Assembly (NCBI GenBank): GCA_963811135.1
Contig: CAWEQG010000011.1
Coordinates: 33,110-97,109 of the forward strand
Length of the DNA stretch: 64,000 nucleotides
Source: an uncultured Solirubrobacterales bacterium
GTDB lineage: Bacteria; Actinomycetota; Thermoleophilia; Solirubrobacterales; Solirubrobacteraceae
Direction: 5' to 3'
Shown here: positions 1-9,735 of the stretch, one piece after another
Layout of the letters: every line of letters starts with the position of its first letter
Numbering within the stretch: the stretch's first letter is position 1
Made by a program: the position numbers and the translations under genes
Notes under the pieces: model-generated
Database searches by the model: none
What the model saw: only the letters and a program-made list of their open reading frames with translations
What the model was told of the DNA's origin: nothing

Positions 1-297
1 ACGGAGGGTACGCTCGAAGCGCCCGAATCCCCGCTCGATCCTGCGCACCGGGCCTTGGCCGTCTTCGTGGGGATACGGGAACGGGCGCTCGCCCCGCACC
101 GTCAGGGCATCGTTCTCGAGCTCGATCTCGAGGTTCTCAGTGCGTAACCCCGGGACGTCCATGTACACCGTGACCCCATCATCATCGACCAACAGATCGG
201 CAGGGGGGATGAACGCGTTCGCGGCTGCCTGACTGTGCAACACCTGACCAAGGTCGCGCAGCCAGGGCGCGACCGGCTCCACCAGCGTCGTGGCCAT
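1..297 (-). CDS. Hsp20/alpha-crystallin small heat-shock protein (N-terminal part; C-terminus lies beyond the window start)
   Basis: Reverse-strand ATG at 295-297 follows AGGAGGA. Translation MATTLVEPVAPW...ADLLVDDDGVTVYMDVPGLRTENLEIELENDALTVRGERP... is a typical alpha-crystallin core. Not in the ORF track because it is open at the window edge. Confidence 0.8.
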   Translation of the reverse strand, partial: MATTLVEPVAPWLRDLGQVLHSQAAANAFIPPADLLVDDDGVTVYMDVPGLRTENLEIELENDALTVRGERPFPYPHEDGQGPVRRIERGFGRFERTLR

Positions 298-463
298 CGA
301 TCCTCCTAAGTCGGTTCTTCGAGGTTCGTTCTCCGGCAGTTCGCCAGCGTGACCTCCGTACGAATGGTCACCTAGGTCGAGCCGAGTGCTCGTCAAGCGC
401 GGCGCGTTCCGATTTGACACCTCACGCGGCCGACCTAACCGGGTGTCCTGAGAGACCATTCAC

Positions 464-2206
464 ATGAATGCGTTAACCGACTCGCTTGCGCTGACGGAGT
501 CCCCGGACCTCTACGGGGCATATCCGCGGCTCAGCGACGACCAGATCGGGGTCCTGTCGGCGGTGGGAGATCGACGGCCGGTTAAGCGGGGCGAGGTCCT
601 CTACCGAGAAGGCGACGGGAACTGCGACTTCTTCGTGATCCTGGACGGCAAGGTGGCGGTGACCGAGGAGTCAAGCGACGAAGAACGCTTGATCGGGATC
701 CACGGCCCGCGGCGGTTCCTCGGCGAGCTTGGTCTGGTCACCGGGCAGTCGGTATTCGTTACTGCGGTCGTGGTCGAGGCCGGCGAGGTGCTGGTCGTTG
801 GCGCTGAGCGGCTGCGCGAGCTCGTGACCGGCGATCAGGTGCTGGGAGACCTGATCCTGCGGGCCTTCATCATGCGTCGCTCGATCCTCATTGGGCTGGG
901 CGCTGGCTTTCGGATCGTCGGCTCTCGCTACTCCCCGGACACGCACCGGTTGCGCAAGTTTGCGATCCGCAACCGCGTGCCGCACCACTGGGTCGATCTG
1001 GAAGAGGATCCAGGGGCGGAGGAAATGCTTCGGCGGCTTGGCGTCCAACCGTCGGAAGCCCCGATCGTCCTGTTGGGACCGGGCAAGGTCCTGCGAAATC
1101 CGAGCAACGTCGAGCTGGCCAGGGCGCTCGGCCTGCGTCGCGACATCGAACACCAGCTCACCGCGGACGTACTCGTGGTCGGCGCCGGGCCGGCCGGGCT
1201 CGCAGCCGCCGTGTACGCCGCATCCGAGGGGCTGTCGACCGTCGTGCTCGAGGCGCTGGCCACCGGAGGTCAGGCGGCGATGTCGCCGCGGATAGAGAAC
1301 TACCTGGGCTTTCCGGCCGGGATCTCGGGCGCGGAGCTCGCCGAGCGCGCCGTGATCCAGGCGGAGAAATTCGGCGCGCACCTCACCGTGCCTGGCGAGG
1401 CGGTCGAACTGAAGCCGCTTGGCGGGGGCTTCCGCGTGTCACTCAGGGATGCCGCGGTCCTCACCGGCCGTACGGTCGTCATCGCCAGCGGGGTCTGCTA
1501 CCGCAGGCTGTCCGTGCCTGGTGCCGACCGGCTGGAGGGGGTGTGCGTCCATTACGCCGCCACCCAGGTGGAGACGCAGCAGTGCCGGGGAGAACCGATC
1601 GTGGTCGTCGGCGGCGGCAATTCCGCCGGCCAGGCGATACTGATGCTGGCGCCTCACGTGCCGCGGTTGACGCTCGTGGTGCACGAGCGCGAACTAGGCG
1701 AGAACATGTCGCGCTACCTCGCGGATAGGATCCTGAGTGCGCCAACCATCGAGGTGCTCACGCACAGCGAGGTCCGTGAGTTGGTTGGAGAAGGTTGGCT
1801 CGAGACGGTGGTGGTCGAGGATCTCGAGACGGGTGAGCGCCGCCGGCTCGAGGCGCGCTCTCTGTTCGTGTTCATCGGCGGGCGGCCCCACACGGAGTGG
1901 CTGCGGGGACTGGTTGCGCTCGACGACGGAGGCTATGTGCTCACCGGTGAGGGCGCAACGGCGGTGACCGCGGACGGAAGCCTGGGAAATGGCCGGGAGC
2001 CATCACGGCTACCGCTCGAGGCCAGCCTGCCCGGCGTCTTCGCTGCCGGCGACGTCCGCAGCGGCTCCGTCGCCCGCGTGGCGGCGGCGGTTGGCGACGG
2101 CGCCTTGGCGATTCGCAACGTCCACCAGTTCCTTGCGGGCTCGGCCCAGGTGGTCCACGTGGCTCAGAGGTACGTCTCGTCTCAGACGTACATCTCGTCG
2201 AAGTAG
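464..2206 (+). CDS. Cyclic-nucleotide-binding domain fused to a thioredoxin-reductase-like FAD/NAD(P) pyridine nucleotide-disulfide oxidoreductase
   Basis: 580-aa ORF. The N-terminus has a cNMP-binding fold (GEVLYREGDGNCDFFVILDGKV...RRFLGELGL). Next come GAGPAGLAAAVYAASEG (FAD GxGxxG), GGGNSAGQA (NAD(P) site) and GVFAAGDVRSGS (TrxR C-terminal FAD motif). Confidence 0.85.
   Translation: MNALTDSLALTESPDLYGAYPRLSDDQIGVLSAVGDRRPVKRGEVLYREGDGNCDFFVILDGKVAVTEESSDEERLIGIHGPRRFLGELGLVTGQSVFVTAVVVEAGEVLVVGAERLRELVTGDQVLGDLILRAFIMRRSILIGLGAGFRIVGSRYSPDTHRLRKFAIRNRVPHHWVDLEEDPGAEEMLRRLGVQPSEAPIVLLGPGKVLRNPSNVELARALGLRRDIEHQLTADVLVVGAGPAGLAAAVYAASEGLSTVVLEALATGGQAAMSPRIENYLGFPAGISGAELAERAVIQAEKFGAHLTVPGEAVELKPLGGGFRVSLRDAAVLTGRTVVIASGVCYRRLSVPGADRLEGVCVHYAATQVETQQCRGEPIVVVGGGNSAGQAILMLAPHVPRLTLVVHERELGENMSRYLADRILSAPTIEVLTHSEVRELVGEGWLETVVVEDLETGERRRLEARSLFVFIGGRPHTEWLRGLVALDDGGYVLTGEGATAVTADGSLGNGREPSRLPLEASLPGVFAAGDVRSGSVARVAAAVGDGALAIRNVHQFLAGSAQVVHVAQRYVSSQTYISSK
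2170..2191. terminator. 8-bp stem hairpin (GTACGTCT-N6-AGACGTAC) in the convergent overlap of the cNMP-TrxR and zf-UBP 3' ends
   Basis: Perfect inverted repeat read directly. The same hairpin occurs in the duplicate at 10536-10557. There is no T-tract, so terminator function is only a guess. Confidence 0.3.
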
Positions 2207-2325
2207 CACCAGCGCCAGTCCTCGCCCGGTTCGAACGATTGGACGATCGGATGCCCGATGAGGTGGGCATGCCGGCGCGCGTGCTTGCCCGGCGAGGAGT
2301 CGCAGCAGCCGACGTGTCCGCACGC
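2182..2325 (-). pseudogene. UBP-type zinc-finger protein relic (C-terminal half only)
   Basis: Encodes ...CGHVGCCDSSPGKHARRHAHLIGHPIVQSFEPGEDWRWCYFDEMYV*, matching the C-terminal half of the intact 92-aa paralog at 10548-10826. An in-frame TGA lies just upstream and the only nearby ATG is in another frame, so the N-terminal roughly 45 codons are deleted. Confidence 0.65.
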
Positions 2326-2607
2326 TCATGAGCCGCCGACGACCGCGTTGACCTTGTCGGCCAGCCGCAGCTCGGCCTGCGTGATGCCCGCTCGCTTGGG
2401 ATTGGCGATCCGGAGACGGACCCGGTTGAAGTCCAGGATGCAGATGTCGGGCCGGCGAAGATGATCCTCGGCGGCGCTCGCCATCCGCTCGACGAAAGCC
2501 ATCGCCTGGTCGAAATCGCGAAAGGTGAACTCGCGAACCAGCGCCTGGCCAACCAGGCGCCACCCCGCGACAGGGGCCGGCGCCTGGTGACCGAAGTCGT
2601 ACTCACG
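2326..2607 (-). pseudogene. Pterin-4a-carbinolamine dehydratase (PCD/DCoH)-like gene lacking a usable start codon
   Basis: The frame EYDFGHQAPAPVAGWRLVGQALVREFTFRDFDQAMAFVERMASAAEDHLRRPDICILDFNRVRLRIANPKRAGITQAELRLADKVNAVVGGS* is collinear with the intact paralog at 10823-11104. It is bounded upstream by TAA, and the first ATG/GTG leaves only 58 aa. Confidence 0.5.
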
Positions 2608-2634
2608 TTACGAGCTCCCGAGCTCGCACCAGGG

Positions 2635-3105
2635 CTACGACGCCTTGACCTCGATGCGTCGAGGCTTGGCCTTCTCCGACTTGGGCACGCGAACAGACAG
2701 CACGCCGTCGTGGAGGTTCGCCTCGATCTGATCCTCGTTGGCCTGGCCGGGCAGCATCACCCGGTACTCGAACCGGCCCGTTCTGCGCGTGCGGCGGCGC
2801 ACGACCCCCTTGCGCTCCTTCTCTTTGATCTCGCCCGTGATCACGAGCTCGCCCTCACGCAGCTCCACGTTGACGTCTTTGCGATCGACGCCGGGAAGCT
2901 CCGCTTCGATGATCCAGGCATCTTCGGTCTCCTCGATATCGGCGAGCGGCATCCATGCGCCACCGTTCGCCTGCGCTTGTGGCCACACGCTCTGGACAAG
3001 CCGACCCATCTCCTCCTGGAGCTGCTCGAACTCGCTGAACGGGTCCCAGCGCTGCACTGGGCGGGCCGTGGAAGAAGACTCTGTACGTCGGGCGGGTACC
3101 GCCAT
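2635..3105 (-). CDS. Hsp20/alpha-crystallin small heat-shock protein
   Basis: 156-aa ORF with an ACD core (MPLADIEETEDAWIIEAELPGVDRKDVNVELREGELVITGE...LPGQANEDQIEANLHDGVLSVRVPK). GAGGAG lies upstream. It is nearly identical to the 11104-11577 copy. Confidence 0.9.
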   Translation of the reverse strand: MAVPARRTESSSTARPVQRWDPFSEFEQLQEEMGRLVQSVWPQAQANGGAWMPLADIEETEDAWIIEAELPGVDRKDVNVELREGELVITGEIKEKERKGVVRRRTRRTGRFEYRVMLPGQANEDQIEANLHDGVLSVRVPKSEKAKPRRIEVKAS

Positions 3106-3144
3106 GTTCGCTCCTCTTTGTAGTTGCTGGCTCGACCGCTGGTC

Positions 3145-3375
3145 CTAGGCCGCTGGGCCACGCGCCCAAGCCTGCGCTGCTTGGGGCTTCTCGAGGTAGC
3201 CGCATTTCGTCTTGCCGTTCTTCTGGGTGGTCTCGGTGACCCAGCCGGGGAGTCCGTAGCGCGCGCCGCGCATCGCGACATCCGCAAGCTGGGAGACGAG
3301 CTCAACGGTTCGTCGACTCTCACCCGCGATAGCGAGGTCGGTGTCGATGACGCCCGACAGCACGCGCAATAGCAA
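3145..3375 (-). CDS. Hypothetical small protein (76 aa), family not recognised
   Basis: ORF with fairly high third-position GC, lying between the PAS kinase and hsp20 on the same strand. TTG/GTG start only; no domain recognised. Confidence 0.3.
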   Translation of the reverse strand: MLLRVLSGVIDTDLAIAGESRRTVELVSQLADVAMRGARYGLPGWVTETTQKNGKTKCGYLEKPQAAQAWARGPAA

Positions 3376-3398
3376 TCAACCCAACGTTTGCTGTGGCC

Positions 3399-6300
3399 TC
3401 AGGGACCCTGCTGCCGGCTGTTCGCGAGCTTCAACTCGAGCGCGACCACGGTTCCGCCGCCGGGGCGGCTGTCGATGTTGAGGCGCGCTCCGAGCAGATC
3501 AGCTCGCTCCTTCATGCCGGTAATCCCGGTCCCGTGACCAGGAACGTCCGGAGCGGTGGGCGGCTGCCACGTCCCGTCGTCGCTGACCTTGAGGCGTAGC
3601 ACTGCGGCGTCCGACCCGCTCGCATCGACGATGATGTTCCTTGCACCGGAATGGCCGCGCGCGTTGGTGACCGCTTCGCCGACGTTGCGCAGAATCTCGG
3701 TTCCGTGTCTGCCGAGCGGCCGGGCCGGCAGCACGCCCTGACCTTGGAGCCGGACGTCGCAGCCCTCAGTCATTTCCGAGTGATGCGCGACGAGCTCACT
3801 GAGGAGATCCACGAACGGACGGTGCTCCTCGCCTGACAGCCGCAGGTCATAGATCGAGCTGCGCAGTTGCTGTCCAATCCGCTGGAGCATCGCCAGCTGC
3901 GAACGCCACCGCTCCTGATCCCCTTGAAACGCTGGCGCGGACGCAGCCACGCTGGCCTGCCCGACGGCGCCTGCCAGCTCACTCAGCGCATCGTCGTGCA
4001 GGTCACGGGCGATTCGACTGCGCTCACTCTCCCGCACCTCCTCCAGCCGTTCGACGACGCGCGACTGCTCGACCGCGACACCGATGATGTTGGCGACCGC
4101 TCGCATGAAGTCAACGTCCTCTGATGTGAAGGAGCGATGCGCTCGGGACGCGGCGACCAACGCGCCGAAGCCTTCGTTCTCCACCGGGATCACGACCGCT
4201 ACGGCGCTCACCGGCCGCTGCTGCGCGAACAATTCGGAGATCTGAAAGCGGTGATCGTTTCGCACGTCCTCGGAGATAACCGGGCGGCCCGTGGTGAACG
4301 CATAGCCGACCAGTGACCCCGAGGTGGCCGAGCTTGGGGCGGCGTTCGCGATCGTTTCCTGGTCCCAGCCGGAGGCGGCGCGCCAGCTCATTTCCCTACC
4401 TCCGGGAAGGATCTCGGCGATCGACGACAGCTCCACCTCGAGCGTGTCCGCTGCCAGCGCCACCGCATCATCGAGCAGCGCCTGGAGCTCGCCGTTGGCG
4501 AGGTTGCGGAGCGTCAGCTCGGCGAGGAGTGCCTGCTGGCGGGCGTGCATCTCCAGCTCTTTCCGGGCCCTCTGGCGTTCGCTGAGGTCCCGCATGATGC
4601 CCTGATAACCCGTCACCGAACCTGCCTCTGAGCGCAGAGCGACGTTGTTCGCTTCGGCAAAGACCGGCTTGCCGTCCTTGGTGTACCAGGTCGCCTCGCC
4701 CCGCCACCGGCCCGCCTCGAGCAGGCGTGCGAGTTCCGCTGCCAACTCCTCGTCGCTGAACGAGGACGGGAGCAGGTCGTACAGCCGCTGACCAATGGCC
4801 TCGTCCGCGGTCCAGCCGAACATCCGCTCGGCCCCCCGGTTCCACGCCGTCAAGACGAATGTCTCGTCCGTGGCGAGCACCGCATCTTCCATGTTCTCGA
4901 GCAGCTGGGCGTGGTAGGCGACCTTCTCCTCCGCCTGCTTGCGTTCGGTGATGTCGCGGAGGTAGGTCGAAACCCCATTCGCCGACGGGTACAGATGGGC
5001 CTCGAACCAGCTGGCGCTGCGTTCGACGTAGACGTCGACCTCGGACGCCTTCTGCTCGAGCAGCGCTCGCTCGTACGCCTGGATGACCGGCGTTTCCGCC
5101 CACTCGGGGAATGTCTCCCAGCAGCTCTGACCCAGAAGCTGCTCCGCGGTGACGGCGCGTCCGAGCGCGCCGCTGATCCGATCCACGGCGCGCTCGTTCA
5201 GGTAGGTGTAGCGCCAGTCGCGATCGACAGCGAAGAAGGAATCGCTGATGCTCTGGAGGATTGACTCGATGCGCCGGTTGGCTTCCCGGAGCGCTTCCTC
5301 CGTCCGCTTTCGCTCGTTGATGTCGCGGTGGATACCCAGGTAGCCGGTGAGCACCCGGCGATCGTCCCTCACCTCGGCGGCGATCAGTTCGACTTCGGTC
5401 GGGGTGCCGTCCTTGCGGCGCGCCGTGAATTCGATCCTCGTCCGGCCCGTCTCAAGCAGCTCGTGCTCAAGTTTGGGCCGAGCCTCGTCGCCCGGGTAGC
5501 TCGCGACCTCGCGGGCCGGGCGGCCGAGCACTTCCTCGGCGGTGAAACCGTAGACCCGTTCGGCGCCCTTGTTCCAGGCGGTGATGCGGAAGTCATCGGC
5601 GTCGGTCACGATGACTCCATCCTCGACGTTGTCGAGCAGGCTCGCGTGATAAGCGAGGGCTTGGCGTCCCCGTTTTCGGGCCGTCACGTCGCGCGAATAG
5701 ACCGACAACCCATCCCGTGACGGGTATGCACGCACCTCAACCCATGTGTCCGTGGGGGCCGAGTATGTCTCGAACTCCACCACCTGCTGCTCGCGAACCG
5801 CGCGGTGAAGCTCACGGTCGAACGCCGTTCCCAGAAGCTCGGGGAACAGCTCCCAGCAGTTCCTGCCCAGGAGCTCCTCGGCGCTCACGTCTCGACCCCA
5901 CGCCTCCCGAGCCCTGCCGACGGCACGCTCGTTGACGTAGGTGTAGCGCCACTGATCGTCGACGGCGAAGAACGTGTCGCTGATCCGCTCCAGAATCGCC
6001 TCCGTCCGGCGGTTCGCCGCGCGCAGCGCCTCCTCGGCGCGGTTACGTTCGGTGATGTCGCGGTGGATTCCCAGATAGCCGCTCATCCCACCCTGCTCGT
6101 CGCGGATTGCGACGCTAATCGCCTCGACGGGAACCTTCGATCCGTCCTTGCGCTGCACCATGATCTCCCCGCGCCAGCGGCCGTACTCAGCCAGTTGCCA
6201 TCTGCGGTCCATACGTTGCTCGTCGCTCTCATCCAACCGGAAGAACGTCTCGGGGCGGCCGATGGCCTCCTCAACCGTCCAGCCGTACATCCGTCGCGCC

Positions 6301-6413
6301 CCCTGATTCCAGACCGTCACGCGCCAGTCGGCGTCGCACGCCACGATCGCGTCTTCGGTGTGATCCAGCAACGGACCGAAATACGGCAGCTGATCTGCTG
6401 ATGGCGATACCAT
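3399..6413 (-). CDS. Multi-PAS (about 5 PAS/PAC) - GAF - HisKA_3/HATPase_c sensor histidine kinase (NarL-partner class)
   Basis: Repeated PAS modules (..AWNxGAERxxGxTAEEAxG.., ..RDITERKxAEE..) are followed by a GAF-like segment, an H-box (ERSRIARDLHDDALSEL) and G-boxes (GHGTGITGMKERADLLGARLNIDSRPGGGT). The ATG at 6413 with GAGGAG 6 nt upstream is preferred over the track's TTG at 6419. Confidence 0.9.
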   Translation of the reverse strand: MVSPSADQLPYFGPLLDHTEDAIVACDADWRVTVWNQGARRMYGWTVEEAIGRPETFFRLDESDEQRMDRRWQLAEYGRWRGEIMVQRKDGSKVPVEAISVAIRDEQGGMSGYLGIHRDITERNRAEEALRAANRRTEAILERISDTFFAVDDQWRYTYVNERAVGRAREAWGRDVSAEELLGRNCWELFPELLGTAFDRELHRAVREQQVVEFETYSAPTDTWVEVRAYPSRDGLSVYSRDVTARKRGRQALAYHASLLDNVEDGVIVTDADDFRITAWNKGAERVYGFTAEEVLGRPAREVASYPGDEARPKLEHELLETGRTRIEFTARRKDGTPTEVELIAAEVRDDRRVLTGYLGIHRDINERKRTEEALREANRRIESILQSISDSFFAVDRDWRYTYLNERAVDRISGALGRAVTAEQLLGQSCWETFPEWAETPVIQAYERALLEQKASEVDVYVERSASWFEAHLYPSANGVSTYLRDITERKQAEEKVAYHAQLLENMEDAVLATDETFVLTAWNRGAERMFGWTADEAIGQRLYDLLPSSFSDEELAAELARLLEAGRWRGEATWYTKDGKPVFAEANNVALRSEAGSVTGYQGIMRDLSERQRARKELEMHARQQALLAELTLRNLANGELQALLDDAVALAADTLEVELSSIAEILPGGREMSWRAASGWDQETIANAAPSSATSGSLVGYAFTTGRPVISEDVRNDHRFQISELFAQQRPVSAVAVVIPVENEGFGALVAASRAHRSFTSEDVDFMRAVANIIGVAVEQSRVVERLEEVRESERSRIARDLHDDALSELAGAVGQASVAASAPAFQGDQERWRSQLAMLQRIGQQLRSSIYDLRLSGEEHRPFVDLLSELVAHHSEMTEGCDVRLQGQGVLPARPLGRHGTEILRNVGEAVTNARGHSGARNIIVDASGSDAAVLRLKVSDDGTWQPPTAPDVPGHGTGITGMKERADLLGARLNIDSRPGGGTVVALELKLANSRQQGP

Positions 6414-6644
6414 CGCCAACTCCTCTCTGGCCCAAAACCACGAGATGCCGGCGCCTCGTCGTGGCTAGGAAGCTCGATCTTGTGAGTGTCGCTCACACGC
6501 AGGCGATCGGCAACCGACCCGGCGCGCGCTCCGCGGCCGCAGGCCTAGAGGGTGCCGCGGATCTGCTCGCTCACCTGGCCGAGCAGGACTGCGCGGGCCG
6601 CTATCTCGACCGACCGCTCGAGCGCGGCGGGATGCCAGACGTCA

Positions 6645-7094
6645 CTACACGCCCCACGGATATGTACCGGGGAACTCGCCGCGTTCCCATTGACCAGTCC
6701 GGTCGAGCGGCTCGAGCGCGTGGGTCTCGTCGAGGTGGATTACGGCGTCGAACTGGCCGGCAAGACGGGCGTTGAAGTAGTGCGAGATGCGCTCGGTCTC
6801 CGGCTGGTAGACGACGCCGATCGCGCGCTCGAGCCGGCGGCCACGTAGCTGCCCGTCGTCGAGCAGAAAGGCGGGCACGCCGCGCTCGTGGAACAGCTCC
6901 TCCCAGCTGCCGGGCAGCGCGCGGCGGACATGCTTGCGCTCTGCCGGACCACCCCAATCGGACGCCGCCGTGACGGTGCCGGTGTAGGTGGTGAAGCCCA
7001 CGAGCAGCGCGGCGTCGCCGTGGCGCTCGCGGATCAGCTGGCCGACGTTGAGCTGGCCCGCATGGCCAACCTCGGTAGGCGTTGTCCGAATCAA
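6645..7094 (-). pseudogene. Erythromycin-esterase-family protein, C-terminal fragment only
   Basis: The 149-aa ORF (TTG start) resembles only the C-terminal third of the roughly 400-aa Ere/ChaN-like family (..[40 protein letters not shown]..). ppa sits directly upstream, so there is no room for the N-terminal part. Confidence 0.55.
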
Positions 7095-7627
7095 CCCGGC
7101 GCGTCAACCTCGACGTACTGCCGACGGAAGCGCTCCCGCGCCTCGGCGATCAGGCGCAGCGCCTCCTCGCGTCCGCCCCAGCCTTTCACCTCGGAGCAAC
7201 GTCCCTCATCGAGGTCCTTGTAGATCGCGAAGAAGTGACTGATCTCACGCCGCAGCAGTGCGGGCAGCGCGTCGATCTGATCGACCGTGTTCCAGCCCGG
7301 ATCCGCGCACGGCACGCAGAGGAGGTGGTCATCGGGTCCTTTCTCGTCGATCATCTTGAACACGCCGACCGGCTTGGAGGCCACAATGCATCCGGGAAAG
7401 GTTGGCTGCGAGACGCAAACCAGGACGTCGAGCGGGTCGCCATCGGGCGCGAGCGTCTCCGGAACGTATCCATAGTCGGTCGGGAATATGGCCGAAGCCG
7501 AGATGAAGCGGTCCAGTTTGATCCCGCCGAGGTCGGGGTCGTATTCGTACTTGTTGCGGCTTCCCTGCGGGATCTCGATGACGCAGATGAGCGGTTCGAC
7601 CTCGGTGGGCGTCGACTGTGTCGTCAT
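7091..7627 (-). CDS. ppa: Inorganic pyrophosphatase (family I)
   Basis: [41 protein letters not shown]...[20 protein letters not shown] is the canonical family-I PPase signature. The start was moved to the ATG at 7627, which has a GGAG upstream. Confidence 0.9.
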   Translation of the reverse strand: MTTQSTPTEVEPLICVIEIPQGSRNKYEYDPDLGGIKLDRFISASAIFPTDYGYVPETLAPDGDPLDVLVCVSQPTFPGCIVASKPVGVFKMIDEKGPDDHLLCVPCADPGWNTVDQIDALPALLRREISHFFAIYKDLDEGRCSEVKGWGGREEALRLIAEARERFRRQYVEVDAPG

Positions 7628-7646
7628 GGCATCTCCGAGGACGAAT

Positions 7647-8528
7647 TCAGCCGCCGAAGCCCAGTTCCTCGAGCTCCTGCAGCTCCTCGTCAGAGAGCTC
7701 GATTCCCACGGCGCCAACGTTCTCCTCCAGGTGCTCGACCGAAGCCGTTCCTGGGATCGGGAGCATTACGGGCGAGCGGTGAAGCAGCCATGCCAGCGCG
7801 ATCTGAGCTGGTGTCGCGTGGTGTCGCTCGGCCATGTCCGCGAGCGGTGCGTTGCGGGAGGCGAGCCTGCCGGTCGACAGCGGGTCCCAGGGGAGAAACG
7901 CGATTCGTTCGCCCTCGCATTCCTCCAGTTCGTCCTCGTGAGCGCGATTGCTGAGGCTGTAGCGGTTTTGGACCGAGACGATTGGTGTGAGCGTGCGTGC
8001 GCGCCGGAGCTGGTCGACGGAAACGTTAGACAAGCCGATGCGCGCGATCTTGCCCTCCTCGCGCAGCTGGATGAGCGCTCCGAGCGATTCCTCCAGCGGC
8101 ACCTCGGGGTCGACGCGATGGAGTTGATAGAGCTCGATCCGCTCGAGCCGGAGCCGCGCCAGACTGCCTTCGCACGCCTCGCGGAGATGCTCCGGCCGGC
8201 CGTTCGGGTGCCATTGGTTTGGGCCGCTGCGGGTCAGCCCGCCCTTGGTGGCGATGACGAGATCGTCCGGATAGGGATACAGCGCCTCGGCGATTAGCCG
8301 TTCGGAGACCTCAGGGCCGTAGGAGTCGGCCGTGTCGATGAGGTTGATCTCGAGCTCGACCGCGCGCCGCAGCACCCGCTTGCACTCCTCGGGGTTGCGT
8401 GGCTCGCCCCAGATCCCGTCTCCGGTCAGGCGCATGGCTCCGAAGCCGAGGCGGTGGACAGGGAGATCGCCGCCGATCTCGAAGGTACCCGACGCGCTCG
8501 CGGGTATCGATGCGTGTGTATCGCTCAT
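7647..8528 (-). CDS. Aldo/keto reductase
   Basis: 293-aa ORF with LGFGAMRLTG..., INLIDTADSYGPEVSERLIAEAL and a C-terminal IPGTASVEHLEEN motif. Confidence 0.9.
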   Translation of the reverse strand: MSDTHASIPASASGTFEIGGDLPVHRLGFGAMRLTGDGIWGEPRNPEECKRVLRRAVELEINLIDTADSYGPEVSERLIAEALYPYPDDLVIATKGGLTRSGPNQWHPNGRPEHLREACEGSLARLRLERIELYQLHRVDPEVPLEESLGALIQLREEGKIARIGLSNVSVDQLRRARTLTPIVSVQNRYSLSNRAHEDELEECEGERIAFLPWDPLSTGRLASRNAPLADMAERHHATPAQIALAWLLHRSPVMLPIPGTASVEHLEENVGAVGIELSDEELQELEELGFGG

Positions 8529-9178
8529 TGTTGCTTGGTACTAGGACACACGCACGGCCCGGCAAGGCGAGTGAACCAACGCTTGATCGTCCGACGGAGC
8601 GACCTAGGCAACCCAGCAGCATGCTTCTCCACATTGCTGCGAGCAATCCGCTTGAGACGATCAAGGTCATCGTCATCTGCATCTTCCTGACCCTTCTGGA
8701 GTTTGCCGGCGTCGCGTTCCTCGTCGCGCCACGCGCCGTCGCAAGAAAGCTGATCTCGGCGCTACGTGCGCTCACTCGCCGGCTGCCGGGAGGGCCCGGG
8801 CGCTCACCGTCGCGCGGCTCGGCGCACGCGTCCGCAACAGGAGCTTGATCACCGCCGCCCGTCGGGGCGGCGCGGCGAGGCGAGGACCGGACCCTCACTG
8901 AATCGACTACATGTCGGCTGATCATCGGCGAGCTCGTGCATCGCCAGCAGCGTCGCCCCCCTCAAGCGACCAAGGCGGCGGCAAATTCGCGGTCGCCGCC
9001 GGCACCGGAAGATCCCCGGAGAGCGCGAGGCCGACGAGGGTATGGCCGAGCTCGCCCGCGGCGCCAGTCGCCCCGCGATAGATCCGGCCCCACAGCGCTT
9101 ACCTCTTCCAATCTCGTCGTCCCGCTGGGCTCGAACGATCGCATTTGGCTCACTGCTCGCGCGGCCTAGCTGTCTGCA

Positions 9179-9620
9179 ATGAGCTTTCACAGACTCTCAG
9201 GAGGACACCTGTCAAAAGAACTGGAAGGTCAGAGGATCGCGATCCTGGCCGCCGACGGCGTCGAGCGCATCGAGCTGGAGCAGCCGCGGGGTGCATTGCA
9301 TGGCGCCGGCGCGCAGACCGAGCTGCTGTCGATTCACGATGGCGAGATCAAGGCGCGCCAATACGACCTCGAACCGGCTGCCACATTCCCTGTCGATAAC
9401 GTGGTTTCGCAGGCGTCAGTGGATGACTCCGAGGCTGGTGCTGTCCGGCGGCTTCGCGAACACCAGCCTCGCGTGGGGTGGTCGGGCGCAGGTCGAGCGT
9501 GCCTACAACGAACCGCCTCCAATGCGGGCGCAAGGTGGTCGACAAGGAGGTCGTAACCGAAGGTCAGCTGACACGAACCGCTCACCAGCCGACCTCCGGG
9601 CTTCTGTCCGGCATCACCAG
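9179..9620 (+). pseudogene. DJ-1/PfpI-family (class I glutamine amidotransferase-like) gene, frameshifted and internally deleted
   Basis: The N-terminus (LEGQRIAILAADGVERIELEQPRGALHGAGAQTELLSIHDGEIKAR..) is PfpI-like. The expected LVLPGG and C-terminal (VVDKEVVTEGQL.T...P) pieces appear in two other frames, and the nucleophile-elbow region is missing. Confidence 0.6.
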
Positions 9621-9735
9621 CAGTTCGCCGCGGCGCGGCAACGCGCCACGCCTGAGGGCGCGGAACGCGCCGGAGCATGAGTACCGCCGCCCGGGCGGGA
9701 GACAACGTGGCAGCGCGCTGTTCGAGGGGTTCCTG

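Noticed and set aside
8531-8760. Acidic reverse-strand reading frame (..DEERDAGKLQKGQEDADDDDLDRLKRIARSNVEKH..) ending in an ATGA overlap with the aldo/keto reductase start
   Set aside because: No ATG/GTG/TTG start gives more than about 35 codons, and third-position GC is low. The forward frame (8621-8848, a possible small membrane protein) looks more coding-like but lacks an RBS. Neither was called.
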